Virus record (IMG/VR): IMGVR_UViG_3300025805_000002
Location: 1 to 53,485 of that record
Length of the DNA stretch: 53,485 nucleotides
Direction: 5' to 3' (one strand)
From: a virus
Lineage: Duplodnaviria > Caudoviricetes
Made by a program: the position numbers and the translations under genes. The notes beneath the pieces are model-generated. The model searched no databases. It worked only from the letters and a program-made list of their open reading frames with translations, and was not told where the DNA came from. Shown one piece after another: positions 27,301 through 35,777 of this stretch (position 1 is its first letter; the number at the start of each line of letters is the position of its first letter).

Positions 27301-29338
27301 ACAGGGCGTCAGACGACACCTGCCCTTGCTCGATCATCTTGATAAGCTCGTCGGTGCCGACGTTCAGACCCGCCGCCATGATCTGGATCGCACCGGGGAG
27401 GCGGTCGCCAAGCTGCTGGCGAAGCTCTTCCATGGAGACCGAGCCCTTCGACACGATCTGGGTAAGGGCGACGAAGGTGCCCTGAAGCTGGTCCAGCGTC
27501 AGGTTGTTGACGCGGGCGGCCTCGGCGACCGAGATGAAGATGCGACGGGTCTCCGCTCCCTCCAGGTTCGTCCCCTGGGTGGCGATGGCGAACTTGGTGT
27601 ATTCCTGGGCCAAGGCCCCGAACTCGATCCCGAGCCGTTCCGCGTTGCGCCGGAGGAAGTCAAGTTCGTTCGTGACCGCGAGGTCATCGCCCTGGAACAC
27701 GACGTTCAGCCTGTTCGTCGCAGCCTCCAGAGTCTGGAAGGAATTGACCACGTTCCGAACGAGGTCGATGACCGCGAAGAAGCCCCCATAAGCTGCGACC
27801 AGCGACAGGACTTCACCGCGCAGACGCTGGGTGAACGACAGCGCAGATCGGGTTTCGCCGTAGAACTCCCGGATAGCGTTCGAGAAGATGCCCGTGCTGC
27901 GCGCCCCGTCCGCCTTGGCACGAGCGAGATCGCGAGTGGTCCCCACCAGCCTGCGAGCCGAACTGTCCGCAAGGTTCTGCGACTGGACCAGCCGGTCATT
28001 CGCTGCTGCCGCTTTGCGGGCCTCCTGACCGTATTCGGCGAAGCCTTTCGACGCGCGGTCGATGATGGTGGCGAAACGGTTTTGGCGCGACGAGAACTCG
28101 TCCAGATCGCCGCCCGACTCCCGCAGGACGCCGCGCAGACGCTGCAAGGCTTCCTGCTGCGCCCGGACCTCCTGCCGCCCTCGTGCCGCTGCCGCCCTGG
28201 TAGCCTCGAAGGCCGCCGCAAGCTCCTTGCTCGGCTCGTCGACAGACCGAAGCTCACGGGCCAGTCGCTGGGCTTCCGCGCTGTTCGCAGCGAAGGCTTG
28301 CTCCGTTGCCTTCAGTTGGGCGCGCTGCTGGCCGAAAGCGCGAAGAAGCCCGCCTCGGACCTGTTCTTCCAGGCCGAAGATCGCGGCTTCGGTTTCGTTC
28401 GCTGCGATCTGGACGCCCTTATAGTTCTCGGCAGCGCGCTCCAGGGCTTGGTCCTGGGAGCGAAGGGCACCGGCAGCTTTCTCGGCAGCGGCCTCCAGGC
28501 GGTTCTGCTGGCTGGCCGACGACGCGAGAGCCGTGTTGGTCTTGACCTGTTGGTCTCGGAGCCCCGCCAGAGCGGCTTCCGCCCGACCGACCGACGCGGC
28601 CTGCTGACCGTAGATGTCCCGCGACCGCTCGACTGCGCGCGTGGCCCGATCCGTCTCGGTCGCGATCAGCCGCTGAGTCTCCGACAGGTCGGCGATCTTC
28701 GCCTGGGTCCGTTCGATGTTCCGGTAGGTTCGGTCGAACTCCCGAGACAGGCCCGCCGTGGGCTGGGCGACCTGAGTGATGGCGATCTGAAGTTCCCGGA
28801 AGCGGTTGCGATAGTTCGCCAGATTCAGGCTCTGTTCCGCGATCTCGCGGCCCAGCTTTTCCTGCGCGGCGGCATACTGCTGCTGGGCCGTGGCCCCCGC
28901 TTGCGTCGAACGTGCCAGTTCCCGCTGCGCCGAGCGAGCCTGGGACACCGAGGCTTCCTGTTGCTTGATGCTGGCCGCGAGCCGTTCGGACTCGGTGCGA
29001 AGCTCTGCCGTCGCCCTGGCCGCTTGCCGTGCCTCGCGCTCGTATCCAATGGCCTCACCAGCCGCAGCCTGGGTGGCGGCCTGGACTCGATCCATGGCCG
29101 AGCGAGCCTTCTCCAGTTCCTGGGCGACCGCGCCGCCGCCGGTCAGCCCCTTCAGGTTCTTCTGGAGTTCGTTGATGGCCGCGCCGAGACGATCAAGCTG
29201 GGAGTCCGTTCGCTGCGATTCGTCTTGAACGTCCTTCTGCGTCCCCACGAACTTGTCGAGGGTCTGGTTGATCGCATTAAGGGCGTTCCTTGCCTCGTCT
29301 CGGGCGCGGATTACCAGATCGACATCACGACGGGCCAT
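24311..29338 (-). CDS. Tape measure protein with GH24 lysozyme-like domain
   Basis: 1675 aa, Ala/Gln-rich coiled coil; SKGSVSMEELRQQLGDRLPGA; FEGFRETPYYD...IGYG...LAYNFG...GLIRRRNQEAALF. Confidence 0.92.
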   Translation of the reverse strand: MARRDVDLVIRARDEARNALNAINQTLDKFVGTQKDVQDESQRTDSQLDRLGAAINELQKNLKGLTGGGAVAQELEKARSAMDRVQAATQAAAGEAIGYEREARQAARATAELRTESERLAASIKQQEASVSQARSAQRELARSTQAGATAQQQYAAAQEKLGREIAEQSLNLANYRNRFRELQIAITQVAQPTAGLSREFDRTYRNIERTQAKIADLSETQRLIATETDRATRAVERSRDIYGQQAASVGRAEAALAGLRDQQVKTNTALASSASQQNRLEAAAEKAAGALRSQDQALERAAENYKGVQIAANETEAAIFGLEEQVRGGLLRAFGQQRAQLKATEQAFAANSAEAQRLARELRSVDEPSKELAAAFEATRAAAARGRQEVRAQQEALQRLRGVLRESGGDLDEFSSRQNRFATIIDRASKGFAEYGQEARKAAAANDRLVQSQNLADSSARRLVGTTRDLARAKADGARSTGIFSNAIREFYGETRSALSFTQRLRGEVLSLVAAYGGFFAVIDLVRNVVNSFQTLEAATNRLNVVFQGDDLAVTNELDFLRRNAERLGIEFGALAQEYTKFAIATQGTNLEGAETRRIFISVAEAARVNNLTLDQLQGTFVALTQIVSKGSVSMEELRQQLGDRLPGAIQIMAAGLNVGTDELIKMIEQGQVSSDALSNFADELDRRFADALPEALETTNAALGRFQNALFQTFLRIGEGGAIRGFTDLLRDLTETLDSAQFRDFADRVGAALGTLFDVLGSLAQNFDLVIIAATTFIGLKIAPFVVAILVVLRQLPLTIATVRGSFVALQASMLATTGTLTGTAAAVTRLRGALTLLMSSTGIGLLVALIGTGIGLWITRTEDATEALRQHEQLLDQVRNAYDEAGGSVEAWRQQIENLTTTQARSNLQSLQVELRALQQQFRDAIPRNVLGGAVGAGGGFFTEVDALFNQFRTGTIDADAFVSQLDELNERFRELFPVNEQFAETFDEIARQIAVASGRVEEADLILVALTGTEAEAREALRRLSGQIETTGDAARSGTEDLDQWREAIGKLREQVPSLADEIEDLDRRSELENAYQQTLRLARTWGQVLEAFRLYQTALNDFDVEDFISNLQGVGGGTAGLAAQMIRGFEGFRETPYYDVNAFRIGYGSDTVTLSDGTIRAVTEGMRITRADADRDLVRRIMQEFTPAVERAVGSERFAGLDPRQQAVLTSLAYNFGAGAFQPGESLAGVAEAVRNGSAEGVADAIRALGSSQFEPTSETGQGLIRRRNQEAALFESGGELDLSGYVAAQEESARLAEEEAEARARAAEATAETVDNQRFQIAQQELIAAGQEREAAVLEAQRQARQQNADITEDELRLIGEQAGRLFDLQNADRLRNAERERALAQEERVNELLQLRQQLQAELDAAQASGANEEALSGIQDQMAEVNRLLQEAIENALNFAIAMGSSDPQIQALISRLRALQFQGVESGNRIRLTYEQVEQALAGSLVNAANTFAQSLAEGKSVTESLRDAFLQFASDFLRQIAQMILQQLALNAAKGILGAFGFGAGQAIVLHSGGVVGARGTARSVDAGAFMNAMRYHSGGIAGLAPGEVPSILKRGEEVLTQDDPRHAFNGGGATGSPQSARIKIVNAIDGGQVVSEGLNTAAGEEAILNFIRANASSVRAAIES

Positions 29339-29344
29339 GCTGCA

Positions 29345-29668
29345 TTACTCCAGGAGGCGACTGATTTGCTTTTGGAACTCCTTGTTCGCCTTCTTGGACA
29401 ATACACCAGACACGGCACCTTGGAGAAGAGTGGCCTGGGTGACGTGTCCATTATTGATCCTTCGGATAACAATGGACGCTTCATCCATCATCATGCCGAG
29501 GGGGTAGAGGCGGGCCAGGGGGTGGCCGTGGTCCAGGAGCAAGCTCACGCTGCCCCTGAGAGCCCACATAAACGCCTTCAGGCTTTCGGGAGACTCGGTC
29601 CTTTGGCGATCCCGAGCAAATTGCTCAAGACCCCCGCCCCCTGGATCACGGTCTCCAGGAGTTTTTTT
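29345..29668 (-). CDS. Frameshifted (GT-like) extension of the tail chaperone; -1 slip at A AAA AAA (29662-29668)
   Basis: 7-A run in a GC-rich gene; the -1 frame is open from the run to 29345 (...LLLDHGHPLARLYPLG...). Confidence 0.7.
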   Translation of the reverse strand, partial: KKTPGDRDPGGGGLEQFARDRQRTESPESLKAFMWALRGSVSLLLDHGHPLARLYPLGMMMDEASIVIRRINNGHVTQATLLQGAVSGVLSKKANKEFQKQISRLLE

Positions 29669-30021
29669 ACCTCGTCCTCCGAATGGAAGGTGAGTTGGGC
29701 GACCGCGATCAGCGCATTGATCTGGGTGATGCCGGGGAGCTTGGCGACCTTCTCGAAGCTCTCAGGCTCGTCGTTCGCGCGAGCGATGATGTGGGCCACC
29801 ACGTCGGGGGCCTCGGTCATCAAGGCTTTGGCAAGCTGGTCGGCAGGCGGCATCTCGCGCCGTTCGATGATGTGCTCACGGTAGAGCTTGTCCAGGACGG
29901 CAGCGTGATCCTGGAAAATGGTGGACACGTCAAGGAACGAAAGACCGCGAACGGTGACGGTGATCCCCTTCGCGACCTCGACCTCGACGGTCGGGATTTT
30001 GATGTCGGCGAGCGAGCCCAT
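29578..30021 (-). CDS. Tail assembly chaperone (G-like)
   Basis: Lies between tail tube and tape measure genes; ITVRGLS motif. Confidence 0.8.
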   Translation of the reverse strand: MGSLADIKIPTVEVEVAKGITVTVRGLSFLDVSTIFQDHAAVLDKLYREHIIERREMPPADQLAKALMTEAPDVVAHIIARANDEPESFEKVAKLPGITQINALIAVAQLTFHSEDEVKKLLETVIQGAGVLSNLLGIAKGPSLPKA

Positions 30022-30093
30022 GGGCTGTATTCCTCCTGGCGGTTGATAGGATCGGGCCGAGGCCCCGGCGGCCCCGGCCCGAAACGGTTTTGG

Positions 30094-30882
30094 TTACGAG
30101 CGAACGGGCTGGCCGTCGACGTAGATGGCTTCGCCCGAGGACGGCTTCAGCGCCTCGATGCTGAAGGGAATCTGCCGCCACTCGTCGCCCTTCAGCGCCA
30201 GATCGCCGTTCGGCGTGATCTTGACGTAGGGGAGGAAGATGTCGCGGTCGTCGCCCTTCGGGTTGTCTTCGATGAAGCGCATGGCCCCTTCGACCGGCTC
30301 CGAACCGGACAGCACCCGAACCGAGGACGCCGCGTCGATAGCGAAGGCGACGGTGATGTTCGAGCCCGCAGCGATGGCCCCGCCGCGCATGATGGCGATC
30401 ATGCCGCGATCCGCGTCCACGGTGTAGTCGGTGCCGAGGACGTAGGTGGTGCCGACGGGGTTCGACCTGACCACCACGGCAGAGACGCCGCGCGTCCCGA
30501 CGCGGTTGTTGGTCGTCAGGCCGAGTTGGAAGACATCTTCCGGGTTCACGTCGTTGAAGTTCTCGGTCTGGCCGGTGGCCGCCACCTGGGTCAGCGTCTG
30601 GGTCGAACCGAAGAAGAACAGCGCCACGTTCTCGGCGTTGATGTCGTCGCAGATCAGCGAGCCGGTGCGGGTCACTCCCAGCGGCACCGAGTCCTCCTTC
30701 TCGCGGATACCCGAGTCGGACGAGAAGTGGTCCAGGGTTTCCGATTCGATGGTCAGGTTGAACTCGGGCGTGTTGCCGATGTAGCGGAACGGGCCGGGGG
30801 CCTGACCGCTCACGAAGCGGGCAAAGTAGACCTTGCCGCGACCGAGCGTGTAGTTGGGGGTGGCGTTCGTATTCAGGGCCAT
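30094..30882 (-). CDS. Major tail tube protein
   Basis: NYTLGRGKVYF...YIGNTPEF...TPNGDLALKGDEW. Confidence 0.85.
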   Translation of the reverse strand: MALNTNATPNYTLGRGKVYFARFVSGQAPGPFRYIGNTPEFNLTIESETLDHFSSDSGIREKEDSVPLGVTRTGSLICDDINAENVALFFFGSTQTLTQVAATGQTENFNDVNPEDVFQLGLTTNNRVGTRGVSAVVVRSNPVGTTYVLGTDYTVDADRGMIAIMRGGAIAAGSNITVAFAIDAASSVRVLSGSEPVEGAMRFIEDNPKGDDRDIFLPYVKITPNGDLALKGDEWRQIPFSIEALKPSSGEAIYVDGQPVRS

Positions 30883-30906
30883 GTGATGTCCTTTCTCTCA
30901 GGGTGT

Positions 30907-31473
30907 TCATCCGAACGGGTTAAGGTGGTCTTCCGCAAGGTCGAAGCTCACGCGAAGCCAAAAGTAGGCTACCGCGCTAACCTCGTCCGCAGGTCTCACA
31001 ACCCCTCCACCGAACGAGACACCGACGACTGTATTCGCTTTGGGGCCAAAACGAAAGACGCGATTCGACAGGTGCTCGTCTTGCTTCAGTTCGATCAGAC
31101 GCTTCTTCACGTCCGCCATGAGCATGTGGGCGGGATCGGTGGGGTTGTTGGAATCGTTGTCGACGAAGCCCTGGACCATGAGATCGTAGGGGCCTCGTCC
31201 CGCAGTTCCGGCAGTCGGAGCCAGATCGGTCTCCGGCGCGATGGGCTCTTCCAGGATCGAGATCATGGGGAGGGGGTCATCCTCACCGAACATGGTCCGA
31301 CCCCGGTAGACTCGGCTGATCGTCTTCCCCTTCTCGGTGAAGTCGGCCATGTCCGAATAGTAGCCGTTCGCAGGCGTGATCTGTTTCAGCGCAGCGGTCA
31401 GGCTCTTCTGCACCCGCAGCCGGAACGGCAGGGGATCAGGGAAGACCAGAGGGAAGGCGGCGTTCAAGGTCAT
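30907..31473 (-). CDS. Tail terminator/completion protein
   Basis: ITPANGY, VYRGR..FG...PLP.ISILE; position. Confidence 0.7.
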   Translation of the reverse strand: MTLNAAFPLVFPDPLPFRLRVQKSLTAALKQITPANGYYSDMADFTEKGKTISRVYRGRTMFGEDDPLPMISILEEPIAPETDLAPTAGTAGRGPYDLMVQGFVDNDSNNPTDPAHMLMADVKKRLIELKQDEHLSNRVFRFGPKANTVVGVSFGGGVVRPADEVSAVAYFWLRVSFDLAEDHLNPFG

Positions 31474-32078
31474 ATCGCAAGCAACCGAGCGAACTCGGCC
31501 TCCAGGTAATCGGCGGTGGGTTCCGCCAGATCATCGGCGACGCCACGGCCTTGGTTGTCAAGGAAAACCTGCTGAACGCTTGGCCCGTAGAGAAGGTAGA
31601 GCCCGTTGTCCAGCTTCACCTGCCGCACTTTGTTCTGAAGCCGCTCTCCAGGCCGGAGCCGGATCGCCAGACCGAGGTTGAACCGAGTGTCGGTCAAGGC
31701 CGATCCCTGGGGCAAGCGGATCAAGAAGGCCCGCCGCATGAAAGAGGATTGCCCCGGCTTTACCTCGACCGTAACGCCCGCTTTTCCGGGGGTGCCACGG
31801 GAGAACCGTGCGAGGGACGTGGGCCTGCCGCGCGCCGTGATGCGGGCCTCCAGGGAAGTCCGCTGGGCCTGCTGGGAGACCACCAGTCGCCCGCCAGCGG
31901 GGGACACATAGCTCTTGGGCACGTTGATCTGGTCGGTGATCCTGCGAGCCGCTTCGGCGCGCTGATCGCGGGCGACCTTGTTGATGGCCTGCACCGCAGC
32001 GAACTTGATCTTGGGGCCGAGTTCGCGAATCTCTCTCAGCGTCTCGATCCCTTCAACGGCGACAACGAACTGGAGCAT
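31470..32078 (-). CDS. Tail completion protein (lambda Z-like)
   Basis: Basic; AINKVA, ARITARGRPTSLARF, LYGPSVQQVF. Confidence 0.7.
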   Translation of the reverse strand: MLQFVVAVEGIETLREIRELGPKIKFAAVQAINKVARDQRAEAARRITDQINVPKSYVSPAGGRLVVSQQAQRTSLEARITARGRPTSLARFSRGTPGKAGVTVEVKPGQSSFMRRAFLIRLPQGSALTDTRFNLGLAIRLRPGERLQNKVRQVKLDNGLYLLYGPSVQQVFLDNQGRGVADDLAEPTADYLEAEFARLLAI

Positions 32079-32079
32079 G

Positions 32080-32454
32080 TCAGCACCCCGGATATTCGTA
32101 GAGGGCCGCTTCCTTCTTGGTCAGTCGCGACGCGATCACGGTCACGGTGATGCCGTCTCGGGGGTCCACCGTGTCAACCTTGTAGGCTTCCTCGGGACCG
32201 ACCGCGTAGACGCTGCCGCGCTGGGGATCGTGTTCTTCTGCCAGGAAAATCAGCTTGGGGACGGTCTCGCGGCGCTCGGCGTAGGCAAGGCTCGTCCCGG
32301 CCAGATCGCCGAGGGCTTCGTCCTTCGAGTTCACGCGCAGCCAGACCGTGGTGGGAGCGGTGTCCGGGCCACCGACGTAGCAATAGGACTCGACCCTCAT
32401 GCGATCATGGAGTCGAGCCCTTGCCTTATCCTTGATGGCCCGGTGACGGCTCAC
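32080..32454 (-). CDS. Head-tail joining protein
   Basis: Position; GTGA overlap with the upstream gene. Confidence 0.65.
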   Translation of the reverse strand: MSRHRAIKDKARARLHDRMRVESYCYVGGPDTAPTTVWLRVNSKDEALGDLAGTSLAYAERRETVPKLIFLAEEHDPQRGSVYAVGPEEAYKVDTVDPRDGITVTVIASRLTKKEAALYEYPGC

Positions 32455-32816
32455 AGAACGTCGTCCTCGCCGTCGTCGCCATCTTCACCGCCGTCGCCCT
32501 CACCGGCACCTTCGTCGGCTTCCGGCTTGGTTTCGGTCGTGGCCGGAGCCGGGGCGGGCGCGGGTTCCTTCGCAGCCTTGGCGGCCTTGCCGGTCGAGGC
32601 AGGCTTCTCGGCGGCAGCGGCGGCCTTGGCCTTGACGGCCTTCTTCTCGGGCTCAGGTTCGTCGGAGTCGACGCAAGAGCCCTGAGCCTGAAGCCATTTC
32701 AGGTCTTCATCCGGGCAGTCGAACAGTTCCTTCGGCTTGACGATGTTGGGCGTCCCGTCCTTGTTGGGCTTCAGGCGAATCTCATGGACGGCGCGTTGTC
32801 TGGTGGTTCCCGACAT
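32451..32816 (-). CDS. Hypothetical head-associated protein, Ala/Lys-rich with acidic EDDVL tail
   Basis: SD AAGGAG; directly after the capsid gene. Confidence 0.75.
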   Translation of the reverse strand: MSGTTRQRAVHEIRLKPNKDGTPNIVKPKELFDCPDEDLKWLQAQGSCVDSDEPEPEKKAVKAKAAAAAEKPASTGKAAKAAKEPAPAPAPATTETKPEADEGAGEGDGGEDGDDGEDDVL

Positions 32817-32849
32817 GGTGGTCTCCTTGGTGGCGGGTTGAAGAGAGAC

Positions 32850-32869
32850 AGGCGGCCCAGGAGCCGCCT
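32850..32869 (-). terminator. Hairpin after the major capsid gene
   Basis: AGGCGGC-N6-GCCGCCT followed by a pyrimidine-rich tract on the - strand. Confidence 0.45.
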
Positions 32870-32885
32870 GCCTTGCCGTTCAGGC

Positions 32886-33935
32886 TTACGCGACGACGCG
32901 CGCCCGGAACGTGTTGTTCGGGTTGATCGGGACCATGAGCGGGGCGCTCTGGGTCATCAAGATCGTCGCCGAGGGATCGTCCTCGTCCCACATCTTCGGG
33001 AAGACCGGGAGGGGCTGGAAGGACGCCTTCTTGTCCAGGATCGCGCCGAACGCTTTCACGCCCATCACGTTCTGGCCGATCATCAGCACGTCGCGCGGGT
33101 CCATGTAGGGCATGACGGTGCCGTCCGGGGCCTCGTAATAGTCCGAGTAGACCCAGACGCGGTGGTTCCGGGAGATGTTCCCCTTGAACTGCACTTTGTC
33201 GCCGTTGCCCATGCCCAGGTCGAGGGACGTGCCGCTGGTGTTGCGGATGTCCATCTCCAGGAGGCGCTGCACCTTGGCATCTTCCTTGAAGACGCGCCAC
33301 GCCGACGTGCCCATGATGACATCGGTGGCGGGGCCGCCGAACTTGGCGTCGGCCATGGTGTCGTTCCACTGGTCCAGAAGGTCGACGGCATCCACGCCCG
33401 GTTCACCCCAGCGCGAGCCGGGGCCCAGCGTGACGGTGTGACCCGAGTTGCGGTTGAAGTCGACCGTGGCCGTGGGGTAGCCGTCATCGACCAGGGTGAT
33501 CGAGCCGTAGAGGATCGCCTGGGCGGCCATCCATTCCCAGCGCCGTTCGATGTCGCCACGGTGCTTCTGGAGCACGGCAGCGGTGGTCGCCAGATAGCGT
33601 TCGGACGGCGACAGGGGCCGAGCCTGACCGATCTCACCGAGACCGGCGCGACGGGTCAGCATGGCGGCGTCTTGCACCGCGTCCTTCGGCTTCAGGTAGC
33701 CGGGTTTCACCGAGGTCAGGTTCTCTTCCGCGCGGAAGGTCGGGCGACCTTGCTGCGTCGGCAGAACCAGCGGCGCGAGATGCCGGTAGTTGGTGATCTT
33801 CGACCATTCGATCCGTTCCGTCGTGGACGTGAACAGGCCGGGGAAGAAGGACAGCCAGAACTCCTGAACCGGCTCCAGGTCGCGGTAGACGCCCAGGAGT
33901 TCTTCGGTGTTGAAGACCGTGCGAGTGATAGTCAT
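32886..33935 (-). CDS. Major capsid protein (lambda gpE family)
   Basis: LAPLVLP, PGYLKPK, RRWEWMAAQA, MTQSAPL. Confidence 0.9.
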   Translation of the reverse strand: MTITRTVFNTEELLGVYRDLEPVQEFWLSFFPGLFTSTTERIEWSKITNYRHLAPLVLPTQQGRPTFRAEENLTSVKPGYLKPKDAVQDAAMLTRRAGLGEIGQARPLSPSERYLATTAAVLQKHRGDIERRWEWMAAQAILYGSITLVDDGYPTATVDFNRNSGHTVTLGPGSRWGEPGVDAVDLLDQWNDTMADAKFGGPATDVIMGTSAWRVFKEDAKVQRLLEMDIRNTSGTSLDLGMGNGDKVQFKGNISRNHRVWVYSDYYEAPDGTVMPYMDPRDVLMIGQNVMGVKAFGAILDKKASFQPLPVFPKMWDEDDPSATILMTQSAPLMVPINPNNTFRARVVA

Positions 33936-33973
33936 GCGAGGTTCCTTTCTCTCAGATCGGGTTCCCGAGCGTC

Positions 33974-34384
33974 TTACAACGCCCGGTTATACTTGTTGAA
34001 GGCGACGACGATGTTCGTCGGGGTGGCGGCCCCACGGAACGCGGCGATCTTCTTCGCGTCCGTATCGTAGGTGCTGTGCCACGCCAGCATATCGCCGTTG
34101 AAGTGACCGCCCCGGATGATCTGGAGCTTGGGGTTCTGGCCCGCGCCGGTCACAATGGGTGCCGTCGTGATGCCGATGGCCGCCGTGGTGCCGAGCACCG
34201 CCGGGATGATGCGACCGCTGATGTCCAGGCCGACCACCTGATAGACCGTCAGGTTCTGGGACGCCGCGACCTCGAAGTCCTCGGTGAAGAAGACCGGCGA
34301 ATCCGACAGGAGGAAGTCGAATTGCGTGAACGCTTCGGTGCTGGAGCCCGCGAGGTTCGGCGTGGTGAAGGGGATGTTCGTCAT
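33974..34384 (-). CDS. Head decoration protein (gpD-like)
   Basis: Position; GGHFNGDMLAW. Confidence 0.75.
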   Translation of the reverse strand: MTNIPFTTPNLAGSSTEAFTQFDFLLSDSPVFFTEDFEVAASQNLTVYQVVGLDISGRIIPAVLGTTAAIGITTAPIVTGAGQNPKLQIIRGGHFNGDMLAWHSTYDTDAKKIAAFRGAATPTNIVVAFNKYNRAL

Positions 34385-34427
34385 GGTGATGTCCTTCTCT
34401 CAGGAGTTGATGGTAGAAGGCGTCGGG

Positions 34428-35777
34428 TTACGACGCCTTCTGATCGCGAACGCGGCCACCGCTGGCACGATAGGCGGCCAGGATGGACATCGACGCCTTC
34501 GGACGGCCATCGGCGGACACGTCCGCACCCTGGTCATCCTCTTCGCCGTCCACGCCGCCCACCTGGGGGCCACCTTCCTTGCCCATGCGCTCGGCAAAGT
34601 GGTTGCGCTTCTGGCCCTTGTCCTCGGTCTCCGGGGTCGCCGGTTTGGCCTCGGCCTTGGGTGCGTCCTTCAGGAAACCGATGATCTGGGAGGCGGGCAT
34701 GTCCGTCTCGGCCAGGAACTTGGTTGCAAGGGCTTCACGTCCCGCATAGTGCTCGGAACCCTGGACCTCGGCAAAACGCTTGCGCTCGTCGGCGCGGGCG
34801 TCAGCCGCGATCTTGGTCGCGTCCACTTCGGGGGCAGTCTGGGTCTGATTCGTCATCACGTTCTCTCCGTTTTCTCTCGCCGCCAGGGCGGACATTTCCG
34901 TTCGGAACTCTCCGATCCGGTCAGCGAAGCCTACTTCCACCGACTCGTCGGCATCGTAGACCAGGGCTTCCGTCTTGCGGACTGCATCATCCGACATACT
35001 GCGGTTTGCCGCAACAGTCGAGACGAACATGCCGTAGAACTTGTCAACCCCTGCCTGGATGCGCGCTTTGGCGTCTTCAGACAGAGGCTCGAAACTGTTC
35101 CCGTCGACCTTGTGCTTCCCGGCCTTGATGAAAGTGACCTTGATGCCAAAATCAGCCAATAGCTCGGAAAAGTCAACGTGCATCACGACGACGCCCACCG
35201 AGCCCGTCGCGCCGGAGCTTGTGACCACGATCTCGTCCGCCGCCGTTGCGATGGAATAGCCGCCCGACAGGGCGTAGTCCTGGACCATCGCCATCATCGG
35301 CTTCTTGCCGCGCTGATCGGCGATGAACTTCACAAGCTCGAAGTTCCCGGCGGCCTGACCGCCAGGGGAATCGACGTGGAACATGATCGACTTGACGCCG
35401 GGGTCCATCATCCCGCGCTCGACCGCGCGCTGGATGTATTCGTAGCCCGTGGCATAGCGGTCCATCTGATAGGACATCCGGTTCACCAGGGAGCCCATGA
35501 CGGGGATCGTCAACACGCCGCCCTTGACCCGATAGGGCCGGTAGTTCTGGGCCATGTAATCGTCCGAGTTCCAGAACTCTTCGTCATCGCTGCCGACCAT
35601 CGCCGCCGTCAGCTTGGCGAAGTCCGCATGGCCGACGAGTTCCCGGAGGTTTGCCGCAAAGGTTTCGATCTGGGTGTCGGCCACCAGCACGGGACCGTCG
35701 ATCACGCGACGGACGAAAGCCTCGCCGTTGCGACTCGAAACGATTTCGGGAACCTGGGTGGGGATGGGATCAGACAT
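34428..35777 (-). CDS. S49 prohead protease/scaffold
   Basis: VDSPGG, ALSGGYSIA, GSVGVV. Confidence 0.9.
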   Translation of the reverse strand: MSDPIPTQVPEIVSSRNGEAFVRRVIDGPVLVADTQIETFAANLRELVGHADFAKLTAAMVGSDDEEFWNSDDYMAQNYRPYRVKGGVLTIPVMGSLVNRMSYQMDRYATGYEYIQRAVERGMMDPGVKSIMFHVDSPGGQAAGNFELVKFIADQRGKKPMMAMVQDYALSGGYSIATAADEIVVTSSGATGSVGVVVMHVDFSELLADFGIKVTFIKAGKHKVDGNSFEPLSEDAKARIQAGVDKFYGMFVSTVAANRSMSDDAVRKTEALVYDADESVEVGFADRIGEFRTEMSALAARENGENVMTNQTQTAPEVDATKIAADARADERKRFAEVQGSEHYAGREALATKFLAETDMPASQIIGFLKDAPKAEAKPATPETEDKGQKRNHFAERMGKEGGPQVGGVDGEEDDQGADVSADGRPKASMSILAAYRASGGRVRDQKAS

